A stretch of 64,000 nt of DNA, from assembly GCA_022791325.1 (NCBI GenBank), contig JAAVYV010000024.1, positions 8,590 through 72,589 on the forward strand, read 5' to 3'. The first letter of the stretch is position 1. Every line of letters begins with the position of its first letter. Below the pieces are notes generated by a model. It was not told the DNA's origin. It saw only the letters and a list, made by a program, of their open reading frames with translations, and did no database searches. This document shows, one piece after another, positions 1 through 9,564 of this stretch. This DNA comes from Clostridia bacterium. GTDB lineage: Bacteria; Bacillota; Clostridia; TANB77; CAG-508. Made by a program: the position numbers and the translations under genes.

Positions 1-27
1 TAATGGGAAATCTGTCACTTTTGGGAA
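1..27 (-). repeat. REP-like unit (family TTCCCAAAAGTGACAGA-TTCCCATTA), inverted copy of 1262-1288, cut by the window edge
   Basis: The reverse complement of 1-27 reads TTCCCAAAAGTGACAGATTTCCCATTA. This is near-identical to 1262-1288 and to the reverse complement of 44384-44410. Confidence 0.7.
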
Positions 28-126
28 TATAAAGTTACAGTATATTTTACTAGCTTAATTACAAAAATATAAAAAACACTTCTAGTTATAATTAAGAAGT
101 GTTTTTTATATTTAAAATTCGATTAA

Positions 127-333
127 TCAATCATCTAAAAGTTTAAAATCTTTTACTATATCATCAACACAAGGATCACTTTGGTCTGTAAATTTCCTAT
201 AAGTTCTGTTTTCAGAAAAAGATTCTGAAATATTTCTATTTTTCTTATTAGAAACTAAATATATAATTATTGCAAAAATAAATCCGAAAGCAAAAATAGA
301 GACTAAAAGTAATAAGAAATTAGAAGTCAGCAT
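127..333 (-). CDS. small hydrophobic membrane protein, hypothetical
   Basis: 68 aa ORF with an N-terminal TM helix (LLLLVSIFAFGFIFAIIIYLV). AAGGAG RBS lies upstream of the ATG on the minus strand. Confidence 0.5.
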   Translation of the reverse strand: MLTSNFLLLLVSIFAFGFIFAIIIYLVSNKKNRNISESFSENRTYRKFTDQSDPCVDDIVKDFKLLDD

Positions 334-497
334 AGAAAATCTCCTTTCTGAAAAAATATCGATAATAAGTTATATTGAAGAGTATAACACAAATTTAATA
401 AAAATACTAGAATTTTACATAAAAATATGATATATTCTTTATATGTTCTTAGGGGCAAAGAGCAAATCTAATATATTGAAAGGCAAGGTGAGCTAAA

Positions 498-1274
498 ATG
501 CCCCGATTAAAAAGAAAATTATCAATATCAAAAGTATATCATGTAATAATAAGAGGAATTAACAAGCAAGATATATTTTTAGATAAGCAAGATTACTTTA
601 AATTTATAAAAGAAATAGAAAGAACAAAAAGTAAATACAAATATGAAATTTATGCATATTCACTTATGAATGATCATGTTCATTTTGTTATTTATGATAA
701 AAATGAAAATATGTCAATAGTAATGCAAAGCTTAAATGTTAGCTATTCTTCGTATTTTAATAAAAAATATGAAAGAACAGGACATCTTTTTGAAAATAGA
801 TTTAAAAGTAAAGCAATAGAAAGCGAAGAATATTTAAAAAATGTAGTTAGATATATTCATAAAAATCCAGAAAATGCAGGACTAAAAAAATATGAATGGA
901 CAAGTTACAATGAGTATTTATATAAAGAAAAATTAATAAATAAAGAAATAGTATTAAAAGCTTTTGAGGAAAATATTAATAATGCAATAAATGATTTTAA
1001 ATATTTTCACAAAAATTATTCTAAATATCAAGATTATGATAAAGGATATGAACTTTTAACTAGAATAACAGACGAAGAAGCAATAGAAATGATAAAAAAT
1101 ATAGTGAAAGAAAATAACCCATTAAAAATACAACAGTATGAAAAAAACGAGAAAAAGAAAGCAGTAATAAAAATTCTTAAAATAGAAGGAATAACAAAAG
1201 TACAAATATCGAGAATAATAGGAATTAGTACAAAAACAATATGTAAAATAGAGAAGGAAAGTTCCCAAAAGTGA
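498..1274 (+). CDS. REP-associated tyrosine transposase (RAYT, IS200/IS605-type Y1 HUH transposase) with a C-terminal HTH
   Basis: HUH motif NDHVHFVIY, catalytic Tyr motif VVRYIHKNP, and HLFENRFKSK. The C-terminal segment VQISRIIGISTKTICKIE is HTH-like. The gene is flanked by inverted REP units. Confidence 0.8.
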   Translation: MPRLKRKLSISKVYHVIIRGINKQDIFLDKQDYFKFIKEIERTKSKYKYEIYAYSLMNDHVHFVIYDKNENMSIVMQSLNVSYSSYFNKKYERTGHLFENRFKSKAIESEEYLKNVVRYIHKNPENAGLKKYEWTSYNEYLYKEKLINKEIVLKAFEENINNAINDFKYFHKNYSKYQDYDKGYELLTRITDEEAIEMIKNIVKENNPLKIQQYEKNEKKKAVIKILKIEGITKVQISRIIGISTKTICKIEKESSQK

Positions 1275-1310
1275 CAGACTTCCCATTAGGAAACGTCCCC
1301 AATGGGAAGG
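1262..1310 (+). repeat. REP-like composite unit (TTCCCAAAAGTGACAGACTTCCCATTAGGAAACGTCCCCAATGGGAAGG)
   Basis: Internal palindrome CTTCCCATT..AATGGGAAG. The same unit occurs in front of serS (44364-44410, minus strand). It contains the RAYT stop codon and ends about 18 nt before the rng start. Confidence 0.75.
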
Positions 1311-1328
1311 GCAAGAAAGGAGCAAAAA

Positions 1329-2519
1329 ATGCAAGAAATACTAATATCAAAAAAGAAAGACAAAAAGATAATAGCATTACTAGAAGATGGAAACCTACAA
1401 GAAGTATACGAAGAAAAAGAAGATAGCAAAAGGCTAGAAGGCAACATATACTTAGGAAAAGTAAAAGACATTTTGCCAGGTATGCAAGCAGCTTTTGTTG
1501 ATATAGGAGAAGAAAAAAACACTTTTATTCACATTAAAGATGTACTTCCAAAAGTAAGTAAAATTACTGGAAATAAAAATGAAGATTTAGATAAATACAA
1601 TATAAAAGACTATATAAAAAGAAATAGCAACATTTTAGTACAAGTAAAAAAAGATGCTACCAATTTAAAAGGAGCAAAAATAAGCACAGACCTGCACATT
1701 CCAGGAAGATTTGTTGTAGTTATGCCAAAAGATAATTTTATAACTGTTTCTCAAAAAATAGAAGATGAAAGTGAGAGAAAAAGATTAACTAGTATTGCTA
1801 AGGAAACTATAAAAAGTGATATAGGTTTGATAATTAGAACTGCTGCCGAAGGAAAAAGTGAAGAAGTTATAAAAAAAGATATAGAGCAAACTACCCAAAA
1901 ATGGGATGATATAAAAAAAGAAAGTGAAAACTTAAAAGTAAATGAAATTCCAAAAGTATTATATAAAAATAACTCTATAATAGAGAAGATTTTACTAGAT
2001 ACTGTTGATAATGGAATAGAAAGAATTTTAGTAGACGATACGAACACTTTTGAAGAAGTACAAAAAATACTAAGAAATATTGATGAAAATAACAAAGTAA
2101 AGGTAGAACTAAAACAAACTGATAATTTACTAGATATATACGACACAGATGACAAAATAGAAAAATTAAATAGCAGAAAAGTATGGCTTAAATGTGGAGG
2201 TTTTATAACAATAGATAAAACAGAAGCACTAACTGCAATAGATGTAAACTCAGGAAAATTTACAGGAAAGCAGAACCTAGAAGAAACAGTACTAAAAGTA
2301 AATGAAGAAGCAAGCTGTGAAATAGCAAGGCAACTACGTTTAAGAGATATAGGCGGAATAATAATAATAGATTACATAGATATGCAAGAAGCAAAAAGTA
2401 GAGAACAAGTTTTAAAAACATTAAGACAAGCACTAAAAAAAGACCGTTCAAAAACACAAGTAATAGAATTTACCAAATTAAACTTATTGGAAATGACAAG
2501 AAAGCATATGTTTAGTTAA
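1329..2519 (+). CDS. rng: ribonuclease G/E family endoribonuclease
   Basis: N-terminal S1 domain (GNIYLGKVKDILPGMQAAFVDIGEEKNTFIH) and an RNase E/G catalytic core (AIDVNSGKF, IIIIDYIDM). Start chosen at ATG 1329 behind the AAAGGAG RBS. Confidence 0.85.
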   Translation: MQEILISKKKDKKIIALLEDGNLQEVYEEKEDSKRLEGNIYLGKVKDILPGMQAAFVDIGEEKNTFIHIKDVLPKVSKITGNKNEDLDKYNIKDYIKRNSNILVQVKKDATNLKGAKISTDLHIPGRFVVVMPKDNFITVSQKIEDESERKRLTSIAKETIKSDIGLIIRTAAEGKSEEVIKKDIEQTTQKWDDIKKESENLKVNEIPKVLYKNNSIIEKILLDTVDNGIERILVDDTNTFEEVQKILRNIDENNKVKVELKQTDNLLDIYDTDDKIEKLNSRKVWLKCGGFITIDKTEALTAIDVNSGKFTGKQNLEETVLKVNEEASCEIARQLRLRDIGGIIIIDYIDMQEAKSREQVLKTLRQALKKDRSKTQVIEFTKLNLLEMTRKHMFS

Positions 2520-2520
2520 T

Positions 2521-2559
2521 AAAACCGATAAAAGGAAATACAACCCTTTTATCGGTTTT
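2521..2559 (+). terminator. rho-independent terminator after rng
   Basis: AAAACCGATAAAAGG / CCTTTTATCGGTTTT hairpin followed by a T-rich run. Confidence 0.8.
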
Positions 2560-2615
2560 GTTATAATGAAAATTAAAAAAATTTTATCATATTATAAAAA
2601 TTAAAGTGAAAAGTT

Positions 2616-3212
2616 TTAGTTTATTGTATAAGAAGTTGCACATTTTATTTCTTCAAATGCAACAAGTAATGAAATATAAGCACATTCAATAATATAAAAT
2701 AGAAAATATTCATTAAAAAAGACTGGTCCAGTAGAGCATGCTGTTTTTAACAAATAGATTATTTGTTCTAACTCTGAAATTGGGAGTATTTTGCTTACAG
2801 TGTGATACAATGTGTTAGATAAAAAAATTTCTTTATCATTAATCTGATTTACTTGAATGTTAATTTCTTTATCTAAAGATGTATATTTTTCCCTAATAGA
2901 ACTATTAGGTTGTAATGAAACATGAACTTCTTCAGCAAGTAAGTGCGAAATTTTAGGAATAAGTTCATATTTTTTGTTAGTGCAGACTTCATTTAAGTAA
3001 TGCTTAGCTTTAGCAAGAGGTGTTTTTTCTCCTAAAACTCTATCTACAGTTGCATAGCCAAAACGAATATCAAGCTCACTTCTTCCTTCTAAAATTCTCT
3101 GCCGTTTCATCCAGTCTAATGTTACTGGTGCTTTACCGGAAATAACATTATTCTTAATTAAATCATTGTAATATGTTACCACTCTTTCTTCAATATTCTG
3201 ACTTTCACTCAT
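2616..3212 (-). CDS. hypothetical protein (orphan, slightly higher G+C)
   Basis: Start moved to MSESQ (ATG at 3210-3212) behind a strong AAGGAGG RBS. No family recognised. Contains one in-frame CGG (3102-3104). Confidence 0.55.
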   Translation of the reverse strand: MSESQNIEERVVTYYNDLIKNNVISGKAPVTLDWMKRQRILEGRSELDIRFGYATVDRVLGEKTPLAKAKHYLNEVCTNKKYELIPKISHLLAEEVHVSLQPNSSIREKYTSLDKEINIQVNQINDKEIFLSNTLYHTVSKILPISELEQIIYLLKTACSTGPVFFNEYFLFYIIECAYISLLVAFEEIKCATSYTIN

Positions 3213-3478
3213 ATAATTTTCCTCCTTAAAAATTATTTTAATGGTTGACAATTATTTCTATTTAATATAGAAAAATAGAAAGTTAATATAATAGATTTTA
3301 TCATATCTTTATGTAAAATGCAATAAATATGTAATAACTACTTGAATATTAACTGAATTTATGTTAATATTAGTACTAGAAAAATTTAAAATCCTTTTTA
3401 ACCCGATTATAATATCGGGTTAACATAGATATGCAACCCATAAACAATGTCTTTAATTAAAGAAAAGGAGAACTGAAT

Positions 3479-3931
3479 ATGATAGTAAGTTTAATAGGAA
3501 TTGTAGCAATGATTATAATAATATTGTTAGTAGGAAAGATACTTTCAAAAAATGAAGATAAAACAAAGAATTTTGAGGCAGTAGCTATGGTAATACTTCT
3601 GTGGATTGGTTTTCCAATTGCAGGAACTACTATCATATGTGGAATATGTGAGCCTACTAAAATAGGTGAGTGGGAAGTTAAAGAAGAGATACGCCCTACA
3701 CTACTAAATGATGAAGAGAATATTTGGGGTGGCTATACATATGAATACGAAATATCTAATGGGGGTAGTTCAAAACCAAATGTAATAAATTATGAAGTTG
3801 AATACCTTTTTCAGAATGTTCCTATATTGGTAAAGTGCGAAAGAAAAGCAGAGCCAACAATATGGACATTAGGGTTAAGATATAAAGAAACAAAATATGT
3901 TTTTTATAGTCCAGGAGATACAATTGACTAA
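3479..3931 (+). CDS. hypothetical membrane protein
   Basis: 150 aa with two N-terminal TM helices. AAAGGAG RBS lies 8 nt upstream. Confidence 0.55.
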   Translation: MIVSLIGIVAMIIIILLVGKILSKNEDKTKNFEAVAMVILLWIGFPIAGTTIICGICEPTKIGEWEVKEEIRPTLLNDEENIWGGYTYEYEISNGGSSKPNVINYEVEYLFQNVPILVKCERKAEPTIWTLGLRYKETKYVFYSPGDTID

Positions 3932-4040
3932 TAAACTAAAAAAGATGGCGAAAATGAACTATACTCTAAAAAGTATAGTTCATTTCATCATCTTTTATAG
4001 TATAGGGAAAATTAATTTGTTTATTGACATAATGCATATT

Positions 4041-4110
4041 TGGGACGAGCTAATAGCCTTTCTACGATAAACATATTATAAAATGTAGAGGCGATTAGCA
4101 ATCGTCTGTG
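4041..4110. repeat. GTAG-headed REP doublet (REPIN-like)
   Basis: TGGGACGAGCTAATAGCCTTTCTAC and GTAGAGGCGATTAGCAATCGTCTG are imperfect reverse complements of each other. Each unit starts with GTAG on its own strand. Confidence 0.6.
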
Positions 4111-4118
4111 TGCTGAAG

Positions 4119-5864
4119 CTACTTTTGTTCATTTCCTAATATTTTCTTTATTTCCTCATGCCTTTTAATTTTTTGAGTTGTAGTTTTAACAAAATTATCT
4201 GTTGAAATAGTAATATTTCTTATATGCTTATATTTAGGTATTTGCTCATTTACTTTTTGAACTTCTTGTTTTAAAATATCAAAAATTTCAGTTTCATTTT
4301 TACCTTTAAAAGCTTCATTATCCACACTATAAACTAATTTTGTGCATAACTTATCTGAGTCATTCGGCAAAACGTAAACAAAACTCTCTTCAATATAAGG
4401 AGAATTATTTAATAGTATTTCCAACTCTTGTGGGAAAATTTTCTTTCCGTTTTTTAAAACAATCATATCTTTAATTCTACCAGTTATAAATAAATATCCA
4501 TCTTTATCAATATAACCTAAATCACCAGTATGAAAATACCCATCTATTAAAACTTCATTTGTTAACTCTTCATTTTCATAGTAACCAAGCATAACATTAG
4601 GACCTTTTACTGTAATTTCACCAATACCATTTTCATCTTTATTTATTATTCTAACATCTTCACAATATAGTGGTCGACCAGCACTACCAGGTTTTTGGTA
4701 TTTATCACTTTCGCAAGAAATAACAGGAGATGTTTCAGTTAAGCCATAACCTTGAATCATGCGAACACCAATGCTATTGAAAAAGTTTATTACTTTTTTA
4801 TCAGCAGAAGCAGAGCCATATATAATTGTTCGTAATTTTCCACCTAAAGGTTTTAATATACTTTTAAATAAGCTTCTTCTAATATCAATATGGAAGAATA
4901 ATAAAAAGTTAGAAATTGACATCATAATTTTAACCAATGTACTAAGCTTCTTTTGTTTAATAGTTCTCCATATTTGCCTGTACATTACATCTAAAACAGC
5001 AGGAACACATACCATACCACTTATTTTGTATTCTACTAAGTTTTTAGCAATATGTTTTATACCATCACAGTAGCAAATATTAAAGCCAATGAAGAAACAG
5101 AAAAGATAAGTTGCAGTACATTCAAAGGTATGATGAAGAGGTAAAAATGAAAGTACTTTATCCCCTTGCTCATATTTGATTAGAGTAGTCATAGCAGATA
5201 CATTAGAGCAGATATTTCTTTGAGAAAGCATAACTGCTTTTGAAATATCAGTAGTTCCAGAGGTAAAAAGCATTATAGACATTTTATCGTTATCAATTGT
5301 AATGTTATCATAAGAAGTATCACCATTTTTAATTAAAGAATAACCTTCCTCTAATAATTTCCAAAAAGATAAAATATCATCAGTATGTTCGTTTGAATTC
5401 ATATTAATATAATATTTCAAATTTGTTGTGTTCTTAGCTTTAATATTTTTAAAAACTTCTAAAAACTTACCATCAAAAATAATAGCTTCTGCTTTACTTC
5501 GAATAAGTAAATTTTCAATTTCATTTTCAGGTAGCAAATAATCAAGTGGAACGCATACCATATTACCAGTATTAATAGCCATATAACTAACAGGCCATGC
5601 ATATTGGTTATGGCTAATAATAGCAACCTTTTTATCTGTAAGCCCAATATTAATGAGCTTAGTAGAAAAAGCTTTTACATCTTCATGATGCTTTTTAAAA
5701 GAAACATTAACAAATTCAGGATTTTTAGCACTAGCATCTTTTTTATAACTAAAAGCAATACGATTAGAAAACTGCTTTGTAGTATGATCTAATAATTCTC
5801 TAAAGTTATCAACATAAACTTCAGGGTATATTTTATTTTTTTGAGGTTTAAAATTTTCTTCCAA
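4119..5864 (-). CDS. AMP-dependent synthetase/ligase (long-chain acyl-CoA synthetase-like)
   Basis: AMP-binding motif MLFTSGTTDISKAVMLSQRN, plus YGLTETSP and GDLGYIDKDGYLFITGRIKD. Apparent TTG start behind AAGGAG. Confidence 0.8.
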   Translation of the reverse strand: MEENFKPQKNKIYPEVYVDNFRELLDHTTKQFSNRIAFSYKKDASAKNPEFVNVSFKKHHEDVKAFSTKLINIGLTDKKVAIISHNQYAWPVSYMAINTGNMVCVPLDYLLPENEIENLLIRSKAEAIIFDGKFLEVFKNIKAKNTTNLKYYINMNSNEHTDDILSFWKLLEEGYSLIKNGDTSYDNITIDNDKMSIMLFTSGTTDISKAVMLSQRNICSNVSAMTTLIKYEQGDKVLSFLPLHHTFECTATYLFCFFIGFNICYCDGIKHIAKNLVEYKISGMVCVPAVLDVMYRQIWRTIKQKKLSTLVKIMMSISNFLLFFHIDIRRSLFKSILKPLGGKLRTIIYGSASADKKVINFFNSIGVRMIQGYGLTETSPVISCESDKYQKPGSAGRPLYCEDVRIINKDENGIGEITVKGPNVMLGYYENEELTNEVLIDGYFHTGDLGYIDKDGYLFITGRIKDMIVLKNGKKIFPQELEILLNNSPYIEESFVYVLPNDSDKLCTKLVYSVDNEAFKGKNETEIFDILKQEVQKVNEQIPKYKHIRNITISTDNFVKTTTQKIKRHEEIKKILGNEQK

Positions 5865-6213
5865 AATAAATACATCTCCTTAAAATAAAGTTATTAATAA
5901 TAAAACTTAAATAATAGTATGATTATATACAAAAAATATGAAAAAAGCAAGCGAGAAAAATGTCTAATTTTATTTGAAAAATATAGTAATATACATTATA
6001 TACTTATATTAAAGAAGAATAAGTTTGCAACAATAGAATAAAAAAGTACTAAAATAATTAAAAAACATGAACTAAACATTAGATTCTATAGAAAATGAGT
6101 AGACTAAAAGTGAGTTGAAACGTATTGACATAAATGAATAAAATAAATAGAATAAAACTGAATATAAACTAAAGAAACATTAGATAATACTAGCGAAAAA
6201 TAGGGGGAAACAA

Positions 6214-8727
6214 ATGAAAAATAGATGTATAAATAATAAAAAGTGTTGCAAAGGAATAACTTTAATAACACTTGTAATCACAATTGTTCTTTTGATAATA
6301 TTAGCAGGAATTATAATAAATATAGCAATAGGAGAAAATGGAATAATAAAAAGGGCAAAGCAAGTAAAAGAGCAATATGCGATACAAGTAGCAAAAGAAA
6401 AGATAGAAATGGAAGTTGCAGAATATGAAGTGGCAATGAGAAAAGAAACAATATATAGTATGCTAAATAAAGTAGAAGGTCTAGAAAGTATAGAACCAGA
6501 TAACAAAGAAGCAGACTTGCCATATATAGTAATAGTAGATGGATATGAGTTCTTAGTAAAAGAAGGAATAGAAGTAATATATCAAGGAAAAAAAGGTGGA
6601 ATAATACCAGAAATAACGAAATATGTAAAAGAAAAAGAAGGAGAAAAAGTAAAACTAAAAATAGAAGCAAGAACAGAGGAGAAAGACGGAATACAAGAAA
6701 TAAGATTAATAAAAAATGGAATAGAAATAGAAAAAAAAATAGTAAATGGAAAACAGGTATCAGAAGAATTTGAAATAATGTCAAATGGAAAATATAAAAT
6801 AAAAGTAATAGGAAAAAATAAAAAACACAAAACGAGTGATGAAATAAATATAGAAGAATTTGCAACACTAAGTGGAACAATACAAGCAGGAACAGTAATA
6901 AATGGAGGGGTTACACTAACAATAGATGCAAAATCAGAAAGAGAAAAAATATCAAAATTAGAAATATATTATAATAGTAATAAAATAGGCGAAATAGAAT
7001 GTGGAGCAAATGAAGTTAATGAAGAATATGAAATAGAATATATACCGTTTGGGGAAGATGGAAAGTGTTATGCCAAAATAATAGAAAATAGTGGAACAAG
7101 TATAAATACTAATGTAGAACAAGTAAAAAATATAAATACAATAAAGACAGCAAATGATTTAAGGAAATTTGTACAAATTGTAAATAATGGAGAAGATTTT
7201 TCACAAAAAATAATAAAGCAAATAGAAGATATAGATTTAGCAAAGAATGTATCAGAAGCAATAGGAACAAGTGAACATCCATTTAAAGGAACTTATGATG
7301 GACAAAACCATAGAATAGAAAACATAAATATTGTATGGAATAAACCAATGCAAGGACTGTTTGGCTATATAGAAAATGCAACTGTAAAAAATATTACATT
7401 AGGAACAGGAATAGTAAAGGGAGAAAATAGAGTAGGTTCAGCAGTAGGATATGCATATAACTCAAATTTAGAAAATATAACAAATGAAGGTGTAACAGTA
7501 GTAGCAACGCAAGAATATTCAGAAACAATACAAAGCTATGATTATATATATAATAGAGTTCAAAATGAGGAATTAATAGGTATTTCAGTAGGAGGTGTAT
7601 GTGGAAAAGCAGAAAATACATATATCAATAATTGTAATAATAACAAAAATATTTCATTACCAAATAATAATATAGGTGGAATTATAGGAATTTCAATAGG
7701 AAAAAAAGCAATTGAAAATTGTACAAACTCAGGAAATATATCAAGTAAAAGATCATTAGGAGGAATAGTAGGCGTAGCAATTGGAGTAGCAGAAAATAAA
7801 AGTGGGAATGTAATATCTAATATAAAAAGTTGTAAGAATACTGGAGAACTTACAGCAGAAATTACAGTAGGAGGAATTGTAGGATGGAATTATGGAATTT
7901 CATCAGGAAATGAATACTATATAATAACAAAGTGTGTTAATACAGGTACAATAACAAATACGAGTAGTGGTGATAACTATCATAAGATTGAAGGAAAGAT
8001 AGAGAAAGTAAGTGTAGCATCTTTAGGAGGAATAATAGGATGGAGTACTAAAACGAAAATACTAGAATGCAATAATTCTGGAATTGTAAAATCTACATGT
8101 AAAGTGGAAAATAATGGAGTAGGTGGAATTGCAGGATTTGTAGCAAATAGTGAAGTTTCAAAATGTTCTAATTTTAACAGGATTGATGGTGGTAGTAATT
8201 CTACTGGAGTAGGTGGAATTGTTGGATTTGGATGTAGAAATATTAATATTAATAAATGTGTTAATAAAAGTAAAGTAAAAGGACAAAATTGTATAGGAGG
8301 AATTTTAGGTTGGGTAGTACAAGGGAATATAAGAAATTGCTATAATTGTGCAGAAATAAGTGGAGAATTGCAAGTAGCTGGAATTGCAGGTTGGATAGGA
8401 CCATATGAAAGTAAATCATATACAAGAAATTGTTTATATAATTGTTATAATGTAGCGAATGTAACAGGAACAACACAAGTAGGAAGTATAATTGGATGGG
8501 TAGAATATTATGACATGGATTATATATATTCATTAACAGGAACAAGCTCAAAAATAGTTGGAAGTGATAATTCAGAAAATAAAGTAGGCAAACACATAGG
8601 CTTAGTAGATGCTAAGACATTAAAGAGCACAATTAGCACATGGAATGAATTTGAAGAAGACATAAATAATAAAAATGGAGGATATCCAATATTATCATGG
8701 GAAAGAGAAAATGCTGAAGAAAATTAA
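6214..8727 (+). CDS. surface protein: pilin-like N-terminal leader/anchor plus Ig-like region plus GLUG-motif repeat domain
   Basis: N-terminus KGITLITLVITIVLLIILAGIIINIAIGENG resembles a prepilin cleavage/methylation leader. About 10 repeats of xGGI(V/I/A)G(W/F) match the GLUG motif. Confidence 0.7.
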   Translation: MKNRCINNKKCCKGITLITLVITIVLLIILAGIIINIAIGENGIIKRAKQVKEQYAIQVAKEKIEMEVAEYEVAMRKETIYSMLNKVEGLESIEPDNKEADLPYIVIVDGYEFLVKEGIEVIYQGKKGGIIPEITKYVKEKEGEKVKLKIEARTEEKDGIQEIRLIKNGIEIEKKIVNGKQVSEEFEIMSNGKYKIKVIGKNKKHKTSDEINIEEFATLSGTIQAGTVINGGVTLTIDAKSEREKISKLEIYYNSNKIGEIECGANEVNEEYEIEYIPFGEDGKCYAKIIENSGTSINTNVEQVKNINTIKTANDLRKFVQIVNNGEDFSQKIIKQIEDIDLAKNVSEAIGTSEHPFKGTYDGQNHRIENINIVWNKPMQGLFGYIENATVKNITLGTGIVKGENRVGSAVGYAYNSNLENITNEGVTVVATQEYSETIQSYDYIYNRVQNEELIGISVGGVCGKAENTYINNCNNNKNISLPNNNIGGIIGISIGKKAIENCTNSGNISSKRSLGGIVGVAIGVAENKSGNVISNIKSCKNTGELTAEITVGGIVGWNYGISSGNEYYIITKCVNTGTITNTSSGDNYHKIEGKIEKVSVASLGGIIGWSTKTKILECNNSGIVKSTCKVENNGVGGIAGFVANSEVSKCSNFNRIDGGSNSTGVGGIVGFGCRNININKCVNKSKVKGQNCIGGILGWVVQGNIRNCYNCAEISGELQVAGIAGWIGPYESKSYTRNCLYNCYNVANVTGTTQVGSIIGWVEYYDMDYIYSLTGTSSKIVGSDNSENKVGKHIGLVDAKTLKSTISTWNEFEEDINNKNGGYPILSWERENAEEN

Positions 8728-8891
8728 AAGTCATTTAAATAATATAACTAAAAATAGATTAAGAGTAAAGAAGCACAGAAAACTAAAAAAAATAGTAAGT
8801 TATGTTCATAATATTTACAAGTGCAAAAAAAAATAGTATAATTTCGAATAGAAAGAATGTAAGTAAGATTCTTATAAGGAGGAGATATCTT

Positions 8892-9470
8892 ATGAAAAAT
8901 GATGTCATTATTATTGTAGAAGGACCACAAGGAGTAGGAAAGACAACATTTACAAATTATTTAAGAGAGAATATGGCAGCAACAGACCTTTATAGATTAT
9001 CTGGAATAAAAGACAGAAACGAAACAGGCCTTGCAAAAATAAGAACAAAATATGAAAAGTTAATTGAGTATATGGAAAATTGTGAAGATATAAACATGAT
9101 ATTTGATAGGACATTTTTTACAAATGAAGTATATTCAAGACTTGGATATCAAAAGTATTCTTTTAATGAAACATATCAAAGTTTATTATTAAAACTAGAT
9201 AATATGCAAAATACTGATAAGTATGATATTTATTTGGTAATGGCATATTTGCAAGATGAATCTTTATATGAAACAAGAATTAAAAGGGATAAACATCAAT
9301 ATCAAAAATTTGAAGTGGAAAGTAGCATATTACAACAAAGAGAGTATTTAAAGATGGCAGATGAAGTTGAAAAGCAAACTAAAAACATTAAGGTAATACG
9401 CTTTGAAAATGATACACAGGAGATGTTTGAAGAAAATGTGCAAAAATATTTTGGAAAATATTTTAAATAA
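8892..9470 (+). CDS. P-loop nucleoside/nucleotide kinase-like protein
   Basis: Walker A motif EGPQGVGKTT and an FDRTFF segment resembling dNK/dTMP-kinase. Start at ATG 8892 behind AGGAGG. Confidence 0.5.
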   Translation: MKNDVIIIVEGPQGVGKTTFTNYLRENMAATDLYRLSGIKDRNETGLAKIRTKYEKLIEYMENCEDINMIFDRTFFTNEVYSRLGYQKYSFNETYQSLLLKLDNMQNTDKYDIYLVMAYLQDESLYETRIKRDKHQYQKFEVESSILQQREYLKMADEVEKQTKNIKVIRFENDTQEMFEENVQKYFGKYFK

Positions 9471-9475
9471 AATTT

Positions 9476-9541
9476 AAGTAAATGTAGAACAAGTGTGTCA
9501 AAAAGGGCGGAGGAAATTGACATACTTTTCTACATTTACTT
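9476..9541. repeat. long hairpin / GTAG-headed REP doublet, probable terminator
   Basis: AAGTAAATGTAGAA ... TTCTACATTTACTT arms enclose the inner hairpin GTGTCAA..TTGACAT. GTAG sits at both outer ends. Confidence 0.6.
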
Positions 9542-9564
9542 TATATTAAAAAGGAGCAATAAAA

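Noticed and set aside
1302-1328. Upstream ATG at 1302 as the rng start; similarly GTG 47144 for the ATPase, ATG 30372 for uvrC and ATG 8802 for the kinase-like gene.
   Set aside because: The upstream codons lie inside repeat elements or lack an RBS. The downstream ATGs have well-spaced AGGAG-type RBSs and match the N-termini of homologs.
6214-6330. A type IV pilus or competence pseudopilus operon.
   Set aside because: Only the leader resembles prepilins. The conserved Glu at +5 is missing, the proteins are far larger than pilins, and no assembly ATPase, platform protein or prepilin peptidase gene is nearby.
6311-6880. Long Leu/Phe-rich antisense ORFs. This one is typical; others are 33917-34648, 48757-49416, 55253-55807, 60374-60769, 16049-16483 and 35177-35734.
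   Set aside because: They are mirror-frame shadows of purine-rich, AT-rich genes on the opposite strand. They have low-complexity composition, no RBS, and fully overlap genes with clear homology.
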